Positions 15,678 through 24,559 of a stretch of 32,000 nucleotides of DNA are shown here, in pieces. Location of the stretch: NCBI RefSeq assembly GCF_000284115.1, contig NC_017080.1:300001-332000 (forward strand). The letters are read 5' to 3'. Each line of letters starts with the position of its first letter. Position 1 is the stretch's first letter. The stretch comes from Phycisphaera mikurensis NBRC 102666 (GTDB lineage: Bacteria > Planctomycetota > Phycisphaerae > Phycisphaerales > Phycisphaeraceae). The position numbers and the translations under genes were made by a program. The notes beneath the pieces were generated by a model. It was not told the DNA's origin, did no database searches, and was given only the letters and a program-made list of their open reading frames with translations.

Positions 15678-16688
15678 TCAATCGACGCCGGGCAGCCACA
15701 GGTAGCACGGCCCCGCCGACACCAGCGCCGCCGCGGCCTCCAGCCGCGCCAGCGCCGCCCCGGGCTTCGCGGCGGCGGCGGACGCACCCGGCTGCGCCGC
15801 CAGCACGCCGCGGACCGGCGCCGACGCGGGGTGGTAGCGCACCACGTCGACGCTCCGCCGGGCGAGGCCAGCCCGCCGCCGCGCCTCCGCCAGCGCGTCC
15901 GCGATCCCGCCCGCCGCGTCGGCGTAGCCCCACGCCGCCGCCGTCGCGCCCGTGAAGACGCGGCCGTCGGTGGCTTCCTCGGCGTGGGTCGCCTCGGGCC
16001 GCGCCGCCCGCACGCGCCGCTTGAAGCGGTCCGCGTACTCCGCGACCAGCGCCTCGAAGGTCTCCCGCTGGGCGGGCTGGAGCGTCGAGAGCGGCGACCC
16101 GGCGTCCTTGTTCGGCCCGGAGGTGATCGCGTCGGTGGAGATCCCCCAGCGCCCGAGCGCCTCCGCCGCCGAGACCGTCTGAAAGATCACCCCGATCGAG
16201 CCCGTCACGGCGGTCGGCTCCGCGGTGATCCCGTCCGCCGCGGTCGCCAGCAGGTAGCCGCCCGAGGTCGCCACCGCCCCCAGGTGCGCCACCACCGGCT
16301 TGCCGGTCGTGCGGCGGAAGCGTGTCAGCCGGTCCGCCATCAGCTCCGACGCGGTGACGGTGCCGCCGGGCGAGTTGATGCGGACCACCACCGCCGCGAC
16401 CGCCGGATCGGCCGCCGCCATGGAAAGCTCCGCGTCGAAGCGGGCGACCGGATTGGGCCCGGCGCCGTTGAGCAGCCCGGCGCCCGGGGCCCCGTCGGCG
16501 AGCGTGCCGGTCACGTCGATCAACGCGAGCTTCGGCGAGTTCCAGCGGCCGTCGTCCACGACCCGCGTCTGGATGCTCCCGGTCCGGCCGCCGGACAGGT
16601 CGACCACGACCTGCGAGGGGATGCAGCCGGGGAGCAGCAGCAGGTTGAGCAGCAGCAGGGGGAGCAGCAAGCGGAGACGCGGCCTCAT
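15678..16688 (-). CDS. sppA: Signal peptide peptidase SppA (S49 family), predicted lipoprotein
   Basis: Lipobox LLLLPGC. VVVRINSPGGTVTASELMADRL...GKPVVAHLGAVATSGGYLLATAADGITAEPTAVTGSIGVI is the S49 Ser/Lys core. Confidence 0.92.
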   Translation of the reverse strand: MRPRLRLLLPLLLLNLLLLPGCIPSQVVVDLSGGRTGSIQTRVVDDGRWNSPKLALIDVTGTLADGAPGAGLLNGAGPNPVARFDAELSMAAADPAVAAVVVRINSPGGTVTASELMADRLTRFRRTTGKPVVAHLGAVATSGGYLLATAADGITAEPTAVTGSIGVIFQTVSAAEALGRWGISTDAITSGPNKDAGSPLSTLQPAQRETFEALVAEYADRFKRRVRAARPEATHAEEATDGRVFTGATAAAWGYADAAGGIADALAEARRRAGLARRSVDVVRYHPASAPVRGVLAAQPGASAAAAKPGAALARLEAAAALVSAGPCYLWLPGVD

Positions 16689-16917
16689 CGTGCGAGGGTA
16701 CGGAGCGGGGTGGACGCCGCCCGGCGTCCGCGCCGTGCGTGCGGGCCCGGCACGGCACGGGATGCCGCAACCCTTCTCGCGCCCGCGACCTCACGCCCGC
16801 GACCCGATCGGCAGGCCGGGCTCTGCGCCCGGTCCCGGGCGGATCGGTCGGCGGTTGCCCGCTTCGTTCCGGCCGACGCCGGCCCGCCACCCGCGGCTAC
16901 CGTCGCGGTCCCTCTTG

Positions 16918-16990
16918 GGGGGTGTAGCTCAGCGGTTAGAGCGCGGGACTCATAATCCTTTGGTCGCGGGTTCGAATCCTGCCACCCCTA
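16918..16990 (+). tRNA. tRNA with CAT anticodon (Met, or Ile2 if lysidine-modified)
   Basis: Cloverleaf GGGGGTG TA GCTC AGCGGTTA GAGC G CGGGA CTCATAA TCCTT TGGTC GCGGG TTCGAAT CCTGC CACCCCT A. Weak pairs at 1:72 and 27:43. CCA not encoded. Confidence 0.9.
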
Positions 16991-16997
16991 AGCACGG

Positions 16998-17166
16998 ACT
17001 GGCAGGCCGCTGCAGAACCTCGCGTCAGGCGAGAGCGCGGCAGAATCGTGTCTCGCGAGGAGAGCGGGACCCGCGTAGCCGTCTACTACGTGGGTTACGC
17101 TCGACGAAGCGAGACGCGATTCTGCCCGCTCGCAGCCCCGATGGGGTTCTGCAGCGGCCTGCTAGT
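16998..17166. repeat. 169-bp fold-back (MITE-like) element between the tRNA and the deaminase gene
   Basis: Terminal arms actggcaggccgctgcagaacc (16998-17019) and ggttctgcagcggcctgctagt (17145-17166) are 21/22 complementary. A nested arm pairs gcagaatcgtgtctcgc with gcgagacgcgattctgc. Confidence 0.85.
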
Positions 17167-17644
17167 ACTCGACGCGGCCCGCTCGCGCGGCCCAGGCCTC
17201 GAACGGCCGCATGGCCCGGTCCGCCGCCAGGTGCCGCGTCGGCTGCTCGCGTTGCGCCGGCGGCAGCGCCACCTGCTCGTGGAAGTTCTGGTCGTCGAAA
17301 CCGCCCGCCGCCGCATCCGCGGCGCTGGCGGCGTAGTAGCACGCGTCCAGCCGGGCCCAGGCGATGGCCCCCACGCACATCGGGCAGGGCTCGCAGCTCG
17401 TGTAGAGCACGCAGCCGGAGAGGTCGTGCGTGCCGAGGCGCTCGGCCGCCCGCCGGATCGCGACGACCTCGCCGTGGGCGGTCGGATCGGCCGCCACGGT
17501 CACGCGGTTGAAGCCCTCCGCGACCGCCTCACCCCCCCGCGTGACCACCGCGCCGAAGGGACCGCCCCCGCTGGCCACGCTCTCCACCGCGAGGTCGATG
17601 GCGCGTTCGATCCAGGCACCATGGTCGGCGGCTCGGGTTCCCAT
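17162..17644 (-). CDS. guaD: Guanine deaminase / nucleoside deaminase (CDA fold)
   Basis: PTAHGEVVAIRRAAERLGTHDLSGCVLYTSCEPCPMCVGAIAWARLDACYYAASAADAAAGGFDD has the HAE and PCxxC zinc motifs. Confidence 0.85.
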   Translation of the reverse strand: MGTRAADHGAWIERAIDLAVESVASGGGPFGAVVTRGGEAVAEGFNRVTVAADPTAHGEVVAIRRAAERLGTHDLSGCVLYTSCEPCPMCVGAIAWARLDACYYAASAADAAAGGFDDQNFHEQVALPPAQREQPTRHLAADRAMRPFEAWAARAGRVEY

Positions 17645-17671
17645 GGGCAGACGCTACGCGGAGCCGCCGCC

Positions 17672-18139
17672 TCACCGCGTCTCCAGCCAGGCGATCAGCC
17701 CGGCGACGTCCTCGACGCCGAGCACGTGGGCGTAGCGGCTCATCCGGGTCGTCTCCTCGAAGCCTTTCACGTGCGCGGCCTGCGAGTGGACGATCGACTC
17801 CCAGAGGTAGGCCCGGTCGGCGGTCACCTCGCGGACGCCGCCCGCGGCGGCGGGGTCCGCGAGCCGCACCGGCTGCCCCGCGACGCCGGCGAGGCTCGGG
17901 CCGGTGGCGGGGCGGTCGTCGAAGCGGTGGCAGGTCCCGCACTCCATCTCGGCGAAGGTCTCGCGGCCGCGGACGATGAGCGCCGCAAGCGATTCGGGGT
18001 CGCGGTCCGCGGCCTCGAGGCGGGCGAGCACCAGCGCCTCGGGGGCCCGCGGCGGCGCGTCCGCCGGCGGGCCGCAACCGGAGCCGGCCGCCGCCACCCA
18101 CAGCGGCGCGAGCCGGATGCATCGTCGGGTCGGCTTCAC
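17672..18139 (-). CDS. c-type cytochrome domain protein, exported
   Basis: N-terminal signal/lipobox-like region (VAAAGSGC). Haem motif FAEMECGTCHRFDDRPATGPSLAGVAG, then LWESIVHSQAAHVKGFEETTRM. Confidence 0.78.
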   Translation of the reverse strand: MKPTRRCIRLAPLWVAAAGSGCGPPADAPPRAPEALVLARLEAADRDPESLAALIVRGRETFAEMECGTCHRFDDRPATGPSLAGVAGQPVRLADPAAAGGVREVTADRAYLWESIVHSQAAHVKGFEETTRMSRYAHVLGVEDVAGLIAWLETR

Positions 18140-18227
18140 GGCGGATTCCTAGGACAACCGGCGGCGCGCCGGTGGAAAACCTGGCCGTGCTTGTCGCCGC
18201 TCACGCCGCTTGAAAGTTCTTCTCATG

Positions 18228-18259
18228 CTCCCTGAACACGGTTTTTCGGGTTCAGGGAG
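18228..18259 (+). other. Perfect 10-bp stem-loop in the dcd upstream region
   Basis: ctccctgaac (18228-18237) pairs with gttcagggag (18250-18259) around a T-rich loop. Confidence 0.5.
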
Positions 18260-18459
18260 CCCCCGAGGGGCCTTCCGCTCTCAAGCAGGCCCCCAGGGAG
18301 CGGGCGTGACCGCTTTTCCGCGTTTGCCACCCCCATATGTAGTGGCTAACGTTGCTTCGCCCCACCACCCGATGTGGTGGAGGACTCACCCGCTCCCACG
18401 CACCGCCGCGTGGCGACGCCGTTCGATCGGCCCGCGCCACCCTTTTTCTGCGCCCGCCC

Positions 18460-19032
18460 ATGCCCGTGCTCAGCGACACCCAGATCCGCGAACAGGTCGG
18501 CATCGAGCCCTTCGCCGACGCGGCGAAGCGGCCGGGCTCGATCAGCTACGGCGTGTCCAGCTACGGCTACGACGTCCGCGTGGGCACCCTCTTCAAGATC
18601 TTCACCGCCACGCCGCCCTCGGGCCGGCAGGCCGTGGTCGATCCCAAACGCTTCAACGAGGAGTGCTTCGTCACGGTCGACACGGCCCACCACCAGGCCG
18701 ACCACGTCATCGTGCCGCCGAACTCCTTCGCCCTCTGCGAGACCGTCGAGGTCTTCGACATCCCCCGCGACGTGCTGGCGATCTGCGTGGGCAAGAGCAC
18801 CTACGCCCGCTGCGGGATCATCGTGAACGTCACGCCGCTGGAGCCGGAGTGGCGGGGCAAGATCACCATCGAGATCAGCAACACCACGCCGCTGCCGGCG
18901 AAGATCTACGCGAACGAGGGCATCGCCCAGCTGATCTTCCTGAAGGCGGACGACGTGTGCGCGGTGTCGTACGCCGACAAGGCCGGCAAGTACCAGGACC
19001 AGACGGGGCTCGTGCTCCCGAAGGTGGATTGA
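18460..19032 (+). CDS. dcd: dCTP deaminase
   Basis: [12 protein letters not shown]...[17 protein letters not shown]...[14 protein letters not shown]...[55 protein letters not shown]. Confidence 0.95.
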   Translation: MPVLSDTQIREQVGIEPFADAAKRPGSISYGVSSYGYDVRVGTLFKIFTATPPSGRQAVVDPKRFNEECFVTVDTAHHQADHVIVPPNSFALCETVEVFDIPRDVLAICVGKSTYARCGIIVNVTPLEPEWRGKITIEISNTTPLPAKIYANEGIAQLIFLKADDVCAVSYADKAGKYQDQTGLVLPKVD

Positions 19033-19096
19033 GCGGGGTCGCGCCTCTGGGGGCCACTGGGGATCGGATCTACGTGTGTTTCCTGCAGATCTTCTC

Positions 19097-19390
19097 ATGA
19101 CCGACACGCCCCTCCCCGACGACGAGCTCCGCGGGTTCCTCCGGGAGATGGTTGAGGCCCAGCAGAGCGGGAAGCACGAGCCCGTGATGGGCTTCGCCCC
19201 CGCCCGCGGCCGCCGGGTCTGGGTGAAGGCCGCCGAGGGCGGCGAAGAAACCCCGCTCTGCGAGGGCATCACGCCCAAGCAGCTCCGCGCCCTCGCCGCC
19301 GCGGGCCTGATGTCCGTGACCACGCCCCGCTCGTACTGGCGCCTCCGCCTCCGCCCCGCCGCCTTCGACGCCGTGTCCGGAACGATTTAG
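19097..19390 (+). CDS. Small hypothetical protein between dcd and nrdJ
   Basis: MTDTPLPDDELRGFLREMVEAQQSGKHEPVMGFAPARGRRVWVKAAEGGEETPLCEGITPKQLRALAAAGL...; same strand as dcd/nrdJ with coding-like composition. Confidence 0.5.
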   Translation: MTDTPLPDDELRGFLREMVEAQQSGKHEPVMGFAPARGRRVWVKAAEGGEETPLCEGITPKQLRALAAAGLMSVTTPRSYWRLRLRPAAFDAVSGTI

Positions 19391-19570
19391 CCAGAAAAGG
19401 ACACAGATGGACCTCAATGAAAACAGATGAACACAGATGAATACAGGTCGAGCGGGTGCGGTCTCGGATCGGCTCGCCTTCTTGCTCCCGCTCGAGCATC
19501 GAAACAAGCCGCCTGCCTGCGTCCAGCTGTGGAGCGGAACACCTCTGTCCATCTGCGTTCATCCGTGGCT
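19389..19570. repeat. Degenerate 'ACAGATGAACACAGATG' intergenic inverted element
   Basis: The left end has acacagatgg...aacagatgaacacagatgaa. The right end reads, in reverse complement, agccacggatgaacgcagatggacagagg. Inner stem tcgagcggg (19448-19456)/cccgctcga (19487-19495). Confidence 0.65.
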
Positions 19571-19610
19571 CGCCTCCCTCTGATCGCGCCGCAGCACGCC
19601 TCCTGAACCG

Positions 19611-19640
19611 CCCCCGCCCCCGCCCCCGCCCCCGCCCCCG
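19611..19640 (+). repeat. Hexanucleotide tandem repeat (CCCCCG)x5 in the nrdJ 5' region
   Basis: Exact five-unit cccccg array, ending 27 nt before the nrdJ ATG. Confidence 0.95.
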
Positions 19641-19667
19641 CACGGAATCCTCCCCCCACCCCGCTCC

Positions 19668-22600
19668 ATGAAGATCTCCCGCCACTTCACCACCGCAGGC
19701 CGCGACGTTTTCGACGACATCGCGTGGTCCACGCGCACCAGCCGGATCTCCGGCACCGACGGCCGCGTGGTCTTCGAAATGAACGACGCCGAGGTCCCCG
19801 CCGGCTGGAGCCAGCTCGCCACCGACATCATGGTGAGCAAGTACTTCCGCAAAGCCGGCGTGCCCCAGCTCGACGAGAACGGCGAGCCGCTGGAGGACGC
19901 CGACGGCCAGCCGGTCACCGGACCCGAACGCTCGGCACGCCAGGTCATCCACCGCCTCGCCCTGTGCTGGACGACCTGGGGCCGCGAGCACGGCTACTTC
20001 GACACGGCCGAGGACGGCGACGCCTTCTACGACGAGCTCTGCCACATGATGCTCCGGCAGATGTGCGCGCCCAACTCGCCGCAGTGGTTCAACACCGGGC
20101 TCAACGCGGCGTACGGCATCCAGGGCCCGCCGCAGGGCCACTGGTACGTTGACCCGGAGACCGGCGAAGCCCGGCAGTCCGAGGACGCTTACACGCACCC
20201 GCAGCCGCACGCCTGCTTCATCCAGAGCGTCGACGACGACCTCGTGGGCGACGACGGCATCATGAGCCTGTGGACCCGCGAGGCCCGGCTGTTCAAGTAC
20301 GGCTCGGGCACCGGCACCAATTTCAGCAGCATCCGCGGCGAGGACGAGCCGCTGGCCGGCGGCGGCCGCAGCTCGGGGCTGATGTCCTTCCTGAAGATCG
20401 GCGACCGCGCGGCGGGCGCCATCAAGAGCGGCGGCACCACGCGGCGTGCGGCGAAGATGTGCTGCCTGGACCTGGACCACCCCGACGTGGAGGCCTTCGT
20501 CAACTGGAAGGTCCGCGAGGAGATCAAGGTCGCCGCGCTGGTCGCCGGCATGGAGCGGCTCGCCGATCAGAAGGCCTCGCCCGACGACCCCGAGACCCTC
20601 GGCGAGACCGCGGAGCGGCTCGGCCTCCAGCTCGACTACGACTTCAACGGGGAGGCCTACGCCACCGTCTCCGGGCAGAACTCCAACAACTCGGTGCGCA
20701 TCCCCAACGCCTTCTTCGAGGCCGTTGCCAACGATGCCGACTGGACGCTGACCCGCCGCACCGACGGCGAGGTCGCCAAGACGCTCGACGCCAACGCCCT
20801 CTGGGACGCCATCGGCTACGCCGCCTGGCGCTGCGCCGACCCGGGCGTGCAGTACGACACGACGATCAACGACTGGCACACCTGCCCCGAGGCCGGCCGG
20901 ATCAACGCGAGCAACCCCTGCTCGGAGTACATGTTCCTGGACGACACGGCGTGCAACCTCGCGTCGTTGAATCTCCTGACGTTCTTCGACGAGGAAACCG
21001 CCACCTTCGACGCGGCGTCCTTCGAGCACGGCGTCTCGATCTGGACGATCGTGCTGGAGATCTCGGTGCTCATGGCCCAGTTCCCGAGCCGGGCGATCGC
21101 CGAGAACAGCTTCCGCTTCCGCACGCTGGGGCTGGGCTACGCCAACCTGGGCGCGATGCTCATGCGGGCCGGCATCCCCTACGACAGCGACCGCGGCCGC
21201 GCGATCGCCGGCTGCGTCACCGCGATCCTCACCGGCCGCAGCTACGCGACCTCCGCCGCGATGGCGGGCGAGCTGGGCGCGTTCCCCGCGTACGCGGAGA
21301 ACCTGTCCGCAGACCCCGCGGGCGGCGGCAACATGCTCCGCGTCATCCGGAACCACCGCCGGGCCGCGTACGGGATCCCGTCCCACGCGGACGAGGCGAC
21401 CAAGAGCGAGCTGGGCGACTACGAGCGGATCGGCGTGCGGCCGGTGCCCATCCAGGGGGCGGACCTCACGAGCGACCACGAGGCCTGCGGCAAGCTGAGC
21501 AACGGCGAGGACCTGCTGGCCCGGGCCCGCCGCGCCTGGGACGACGCGCTCGCGGGCGGCGAGGCCCACGGCTTCCGCAACGCCCAGGCGACCGTGCTTG
21601 CGCCCACCGGCACGATCGGGCTGCTGATGGACTGCGACACCACCGGCGTCGAGCCGGACTTCGCGCTGGTCAAGTTCAAGAAGCTCGCCGGCGGCGGGTA
21701 CTTCAAGATCGTCAACCAGAGCCTCCCGCCCGCGCTCAAGTCGCTCGGCTACGGCGAGGCCCAGGTCAACGCGATCCTGCAGCACGTGCTCGGCACGCTG
21801 CACCTGGACGTGCCGCTCACGCTCGACGGCAAGACCGACAGCACGCGCAGCTTCCGCGAGTGGCTCACCGAGCGTGGCTTCACCGCCGAGGACCTCGAGA
21901 AGGTCGAGGCCGGCCTGCCAAGCGTCTTCGAATTGGGCATGGCTTTCTCGGCGTGGACGCTCGGCGACGAAGCCCTCGCGCGTGTCGGCCTGGACCCCGC
22001 CGCGGCGCAGCAGGCCGGCTTCTCCGTGCTCGAGCAGCTGGGGCTCCGCCGGAAGGACGTCGCCGCGATGAACGCCATCGTCTGCGGCACGCAGACCGTC
22101 GAGGGCGCGCCGCAGCTCAAGGACGAGCACCTCGCCGTGTTCGACTGCGCGAACACCTGCGGCCCGACCGGGGAGCGCTTCATCTCGGCCGAGGGCCACA
22201 TCCGGATGATGGCCGCGGCCCAGCCCTTCCTCTCCGGGGCGATCTCCAAGACGATCAACCTCCCGCACGACGCCAGCGTGGCCGACATCCAGGACGCCTA
22301 CCGCACCAGCTGGGAGCTGGGCATCAAGGCCAACGCGCTCTACCGCGACGGCTGCAAGCTGAGCCAGCCGCTGAACACCTCGTCCTCCGACGTCCAGGAG
22401 GATGCCGACGACGACGCCGACGTGCAGGAGGCCCTCGAGGAGGTTGCCGCCGGCGTCGCCGCGGCGGCCGGGGCCGCCGTGGCCGGTGCGGACGGCGAGG
22501 CGGTCGGGGGCATCGTGGAGCGGGTGGTCGAGCGTCCCCTGCGTCGCCGCCTGCCCGACACGCGGCTCTCGCGGACCCACAAGTTCAACGTCGCCGGCAA

Positions 22601-23171
22601 CGAGGGCTACCTGACCGTCGGCCTCCACGACGACGGGAGCCCCGGCGAGCTGTTCATCACGATGGCCAAGGAGGGCTCGACCATCGGCGGCCTGATGGAC
22701 ACGCTGGGCACGGCCGTCTCGGTCGCGCTGCAGTACGGCGTCCCGATCGAGAGCCTGGTGACCAAGTTCAGCCACCAGCGCTTCGAGCCCGCGGGGATGA
22801 CCCACAACCCCGACATCCCCTTCGCCAAGAGCCTGGTGGACTACATCTTCCGCTGGATGGGCATCGAGTTCGTCGAGGGCTACCGCGAGCAGGTCGTGCC
22901 GCGGCGGGCCGCCGCGGTGGCGGCCCCGACGCCGCCGGCCCAGCACCCCGGTGCCGCCGTGGTCGGGCGTGCGGCGGCCGCTCCGCGGAACCCGCGGACC
23001 GCCGGCGGACACGCCGCCGAACCCGCGCGGTCCGCGGACTCCACCCTCTCCGAAGCCATGAGCTCGCTGCAGAGCGACGCCCCGGCCTGCGACGGCTGCG
23101 GCTCGATCACCGTCCGCAACGGCACCTGCTACCGCTGCCTCAACTGCGGCGCCTCGATGGGCTGCAGCTGA
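19668..23171 (+). CDS. nrdJ: Vitamin B12-dependent (class II) ribonucleoside-diphosphate reductase
   Basis: SPQWFNTGLNAAYGIQGP; CFIQSVDDDLV; GSGTGTNFSSIRGEDEPLAGGGRSSGLMSFLKIGDRAAGAIKSGGTTRRAAKMCCLDLDHPD; GQNSNNSVRIPNAF; NPCSEYMFLDDTACNLASLNL; C-terminal zinc ribbon CDGCGSITVRNGTCYRCLNCGASMGCS. Confidence 0.97.
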   Translation: MKISRHFTTAGRDVFDDIAWSTRTSRISGTDGRVVFEMNDAEVPAGWSQLATDIMVSKYFRKAGVPQLDENGEPLEDADGQPVTGPERSARQVIHRLALCWTTWGREHGYFDTAEDGDAFYDELCHMMLRQMCAPNSPQWFNTGLNAAYGIQGPPQGHWYVDPETGEARQSEDAYTHPQPHACFIQSVDDDLVGDDGIMSLWTREARLFKYGSGTGTNFSSIRGEDEPLAGGGRSSGLMSFLKIGDRAAGAIKSGGTTRRAAKMCCLDLDHPDVEAFVNWKVREEIKVAALVAGMERLADQKASPDDPETLGETAERLGLQLDYDFNGEAYATVSGQNSNNSVRIPNAFFEAVANDADWTLTRRTDGEVAKTLDANALWDAIGYAAWRCADPGVQYDTTINDWHTCPEAGRINASNPCSEYMFLDDTACNLASLNLLTFFDEETATFDAASFEHGVSIWTIVLEISVLMAQFPSRAIAENSFRFRTLGLGYANLGAMLMRAGIPYDSDRGRAIAGCVTAILTGRSYATSAAMAGELGAFPAYAENLSADPAGGGNMLRVIRNHRRAAYGIPSHADEATKSELGDYERIGVRPVPIQGADLTSDHEACGKLSNGEDLLARARRAWDDALAGGEAHGFRNAQATVLAPTGTIGLLMDCDTTGVEPDFALVKFKKLAGGGYFKIVNQSLPPALKSLGYGEAQVNAILQHVLGTLHLDVPLTLDGKTDSTRSFREWLTERGFTAEDLEKVEAGLPSVFELGMAFSAWTLGDEALARVGLDPAAAQQAGFSVLEQLGLRRKDVAAMNAIVCGTQTVEGAPQLKDEHLAVFDCANTCGPTGERFISAEGHIRMMAAAQPFLSGAISKTINLPHDASVADIQDAYRTSWELGIKANALYRDGCKLSQPLNTSSSDVQEDADDDADVQEALEEVAAGVAAAAGAAVAGADGEAVGGIVERVVERPLRRRLPDTRLSRTHKFNVAGNEGYLTVGLHDDGSPGELFITMAKEGSTIGGLMDTLGTAVSVALQYGVPIESLVTKFSHQRFEPAGMTHNPDIPFAKSLVDYIFRWMGIEFVEGYREQVVPRRAAAVAAPTPPAQHPGAAVVGRAAAAPRNPRTAGGHAAEPARSADSTLSEAMSSLQSDAPACDGCGSITVRNGTCYRCLNCGASMGCS

Positions 23172-23248
23172 GCCCCCCCGACCACCACGGACGTCTGGAA
23201 AGCGGGTGAACCCCGCACCACGGACGGACCGTCAGGGAAGACACACGG

Positions 23249-23278
23249 CACCGCCCCGGCCTCGACCCCGGGGCGGTG
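23249..23278 (+). terminator. GC-rich hairpin downstream of nrdJ (terminator-like, short U-tract)
   Basis: caccgccccgg (23249-23259) and ccggggcggtg (23268-23278) form an 11-bp stem followed by ttgt. Confidence 0.45.
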
Positions 23279-23392
23279 TTGTGCGCGGACCCCGGCCGGG
23301 ACGGTCGGCCTTCTGCACGTCTTCCGGAAGCGGCCGATGTCCGGGTGCTAGGCCTCTTGCGGGATGGGGAGCACGGGAGGTCGTCGCGGCGC

Positions 23393-23472
23393 GGCCACCC
23401 CCCGAGGGGCGTGGCACCTGGGAATCGCGAAAGAGCGAGAGTCTCGGGTGCCACGCCGCTTGCGGGGTGGCC
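23393..23472. repeat. 80-bp nested inverted repeat element
   Basis: Outer arms ggccacccc/ggggtggcc (23393-23401, 23464-23472). Inner arms gcgtggcacc/ggtgccacgc (23409-23418, 23447-23456). All perfect. Confidence 0.8.
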
Positions 23473-23512
23473 ATTGGGGCATCGGCCGCCCGGAGGTCGA
23501 CCGGATCGCATC

Positions 23513-24559
23513 TCAGGCGTCCATCGCGCACCGGAAGCCGCTGTTGGTCGTGCCCGAGTCCGGCGTGTTGCCGGTGCGTGCGCCGAGGCGGTAGCGGTTG
23601 CAGTAGCTGGCGTGGCAGAGGTAGCTGCCGCCTTTCTGCACGCGGTGGGTGAAGCCGCCGTGAACCACGCCCGCCCTCCCGTCGGTGCCCGGGCGGCCCC
23701 CGCGGTCGAGGTCGTCGTGGGGGACCGGCCCGATCGGGTCGGTCCGCGTCGCGTCCCGCGCCTCCGCGTGCCACACCGGGCAGAACCAGTCCGCGCACCA
23801 CTCCCAGACGTTCCCGAGCAGGTTGTGGAAGCCGTACGCGTTGGGCGCGTAGGCGTCGACCGGGCACGGCCCCGCGAAGCCGTCGGCCGCCGTGTCCTCC
23901 TCCGGGAAGCGGCCCTGGAAGACGTTGCAGCGGTGCTTCCCGCGCGGCTCCAGCGTCGGTCCCCAGGGGTAACGCTGCTGGGAGGTGCCGCCGCGGGCCG
24001 CGAACTCCCACTCGGCCTCGGTCGGCAGCCGCTTCCCCGCCCACGCCGCGTACGCGGCGGCGTCGTGCCAGGAGATCTGCGTCGCCGGGTGGTTCTGCCG
24101 GTGGCGCACGCCGCTCCGCGGGCCCTCGGGATGGGCCCAGTCGGCCCCGTCCACCGCCACCCACCAGGCCGCGCCGGGCACCTGCCGCCGGGCGGTCACG
24201 CGGCGCACGAACCTCGGCGAGAGGTGCCCCTGGAAGACGAAGCTCCAGCCGAACCGCTCGGCCTCGGTGACGAAGCCGGTCTCCGCCACGAAGCGGGCGA
24301 AGGCGGCGACGGTGACCGCCGTGGCGTCGAGCCGGAACGGCGACAGCGTGACCTCGCGGACGGGCCCCTCCCCGTCCGCGGGGAATCCGTCGGGCTCGTC
24401 GGTGCCCATCAGGAAGGGCCCGCCCGGCAGCGTGATCATCCCCTCCGCCGAGCCCGCCCGAGCGGCCCGCGCGGTCGGCGGGCGGTTCGCGGCCGCGGCC
24501 GCGGGCCGGCGGGCCCCGCAGCAGGCGGGGCGGGCGGTGGGCGTCGCGGCGGGATCGGG
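23513..24559 (-). CDS. Formylglycine-generating enzyme family protein (SUMF1/FGE); the start is ambiguous (ORF open to 24658, GTG at 24559)
   Basis: GMITLPGGPFLMGTDEPDGFPADGEGPVREVTLSPFRLDATAVTVAAFARFV; RLPTEAEWEFAARGG; GNVWEWCADWF; KGGSYLCHASYCNRYRLGARTGNTPDSGTTNSGFRCA (FGE active-site Cys pair region). Confidence 0.92.
   Translation of the reverse strand, partial: PDPAATPTARPACCGARRPAAAAANRPPTARAARAGSAEGMITLPGGPFLMGTDEPDGFPADGEGPVREVTLSPFRLDATAVTVAAFARFVAETGFVTEAERFGWSFVFQGHLSPRFVRRVTARRQVPGAAWWVAVDGADWAHPEGPRSGVRHRQNHPATQISWHDAAAYAAWAGKRLPTEAEWEFAARGGTSQQRYPWGPTLEPRGKHRCNVFQGRFPEEDTAADGFAGPCPVDAYAPNAYGFHNLLGNVWEWCADWFCPVWHAEARDATRTDPIGPVPHDDLDRGGRPGTDGRAGVVHGGFTHRVQKGGSYLCHASYCNRYRLGARTGNTPDSGTTNSGFRCAMDA

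Noticed and set aside
16918-17166. tRNA as the attachment site of a genomic island
   Set aside because: No integrase and no duplicated tRNA 3' end were found in the window. The adjacent fold-back element explains the unusual sequence.
16739-17511. Plus-strand ORFs reading through the tRNA and fold-back region
   Set aside because: They cover a tRNA and an inverted repeat and have no protein family resemblance.
19269-23012. 1247-aa minus-strand ORF antisense to nrdJ
   Set aside because: The plus strand encodes an unmistakable full-length NrdJ. The antisense product (GGTGVLGRRRRGRHRGG...) is low-complexity and typical of high-GC shadow ORFs.
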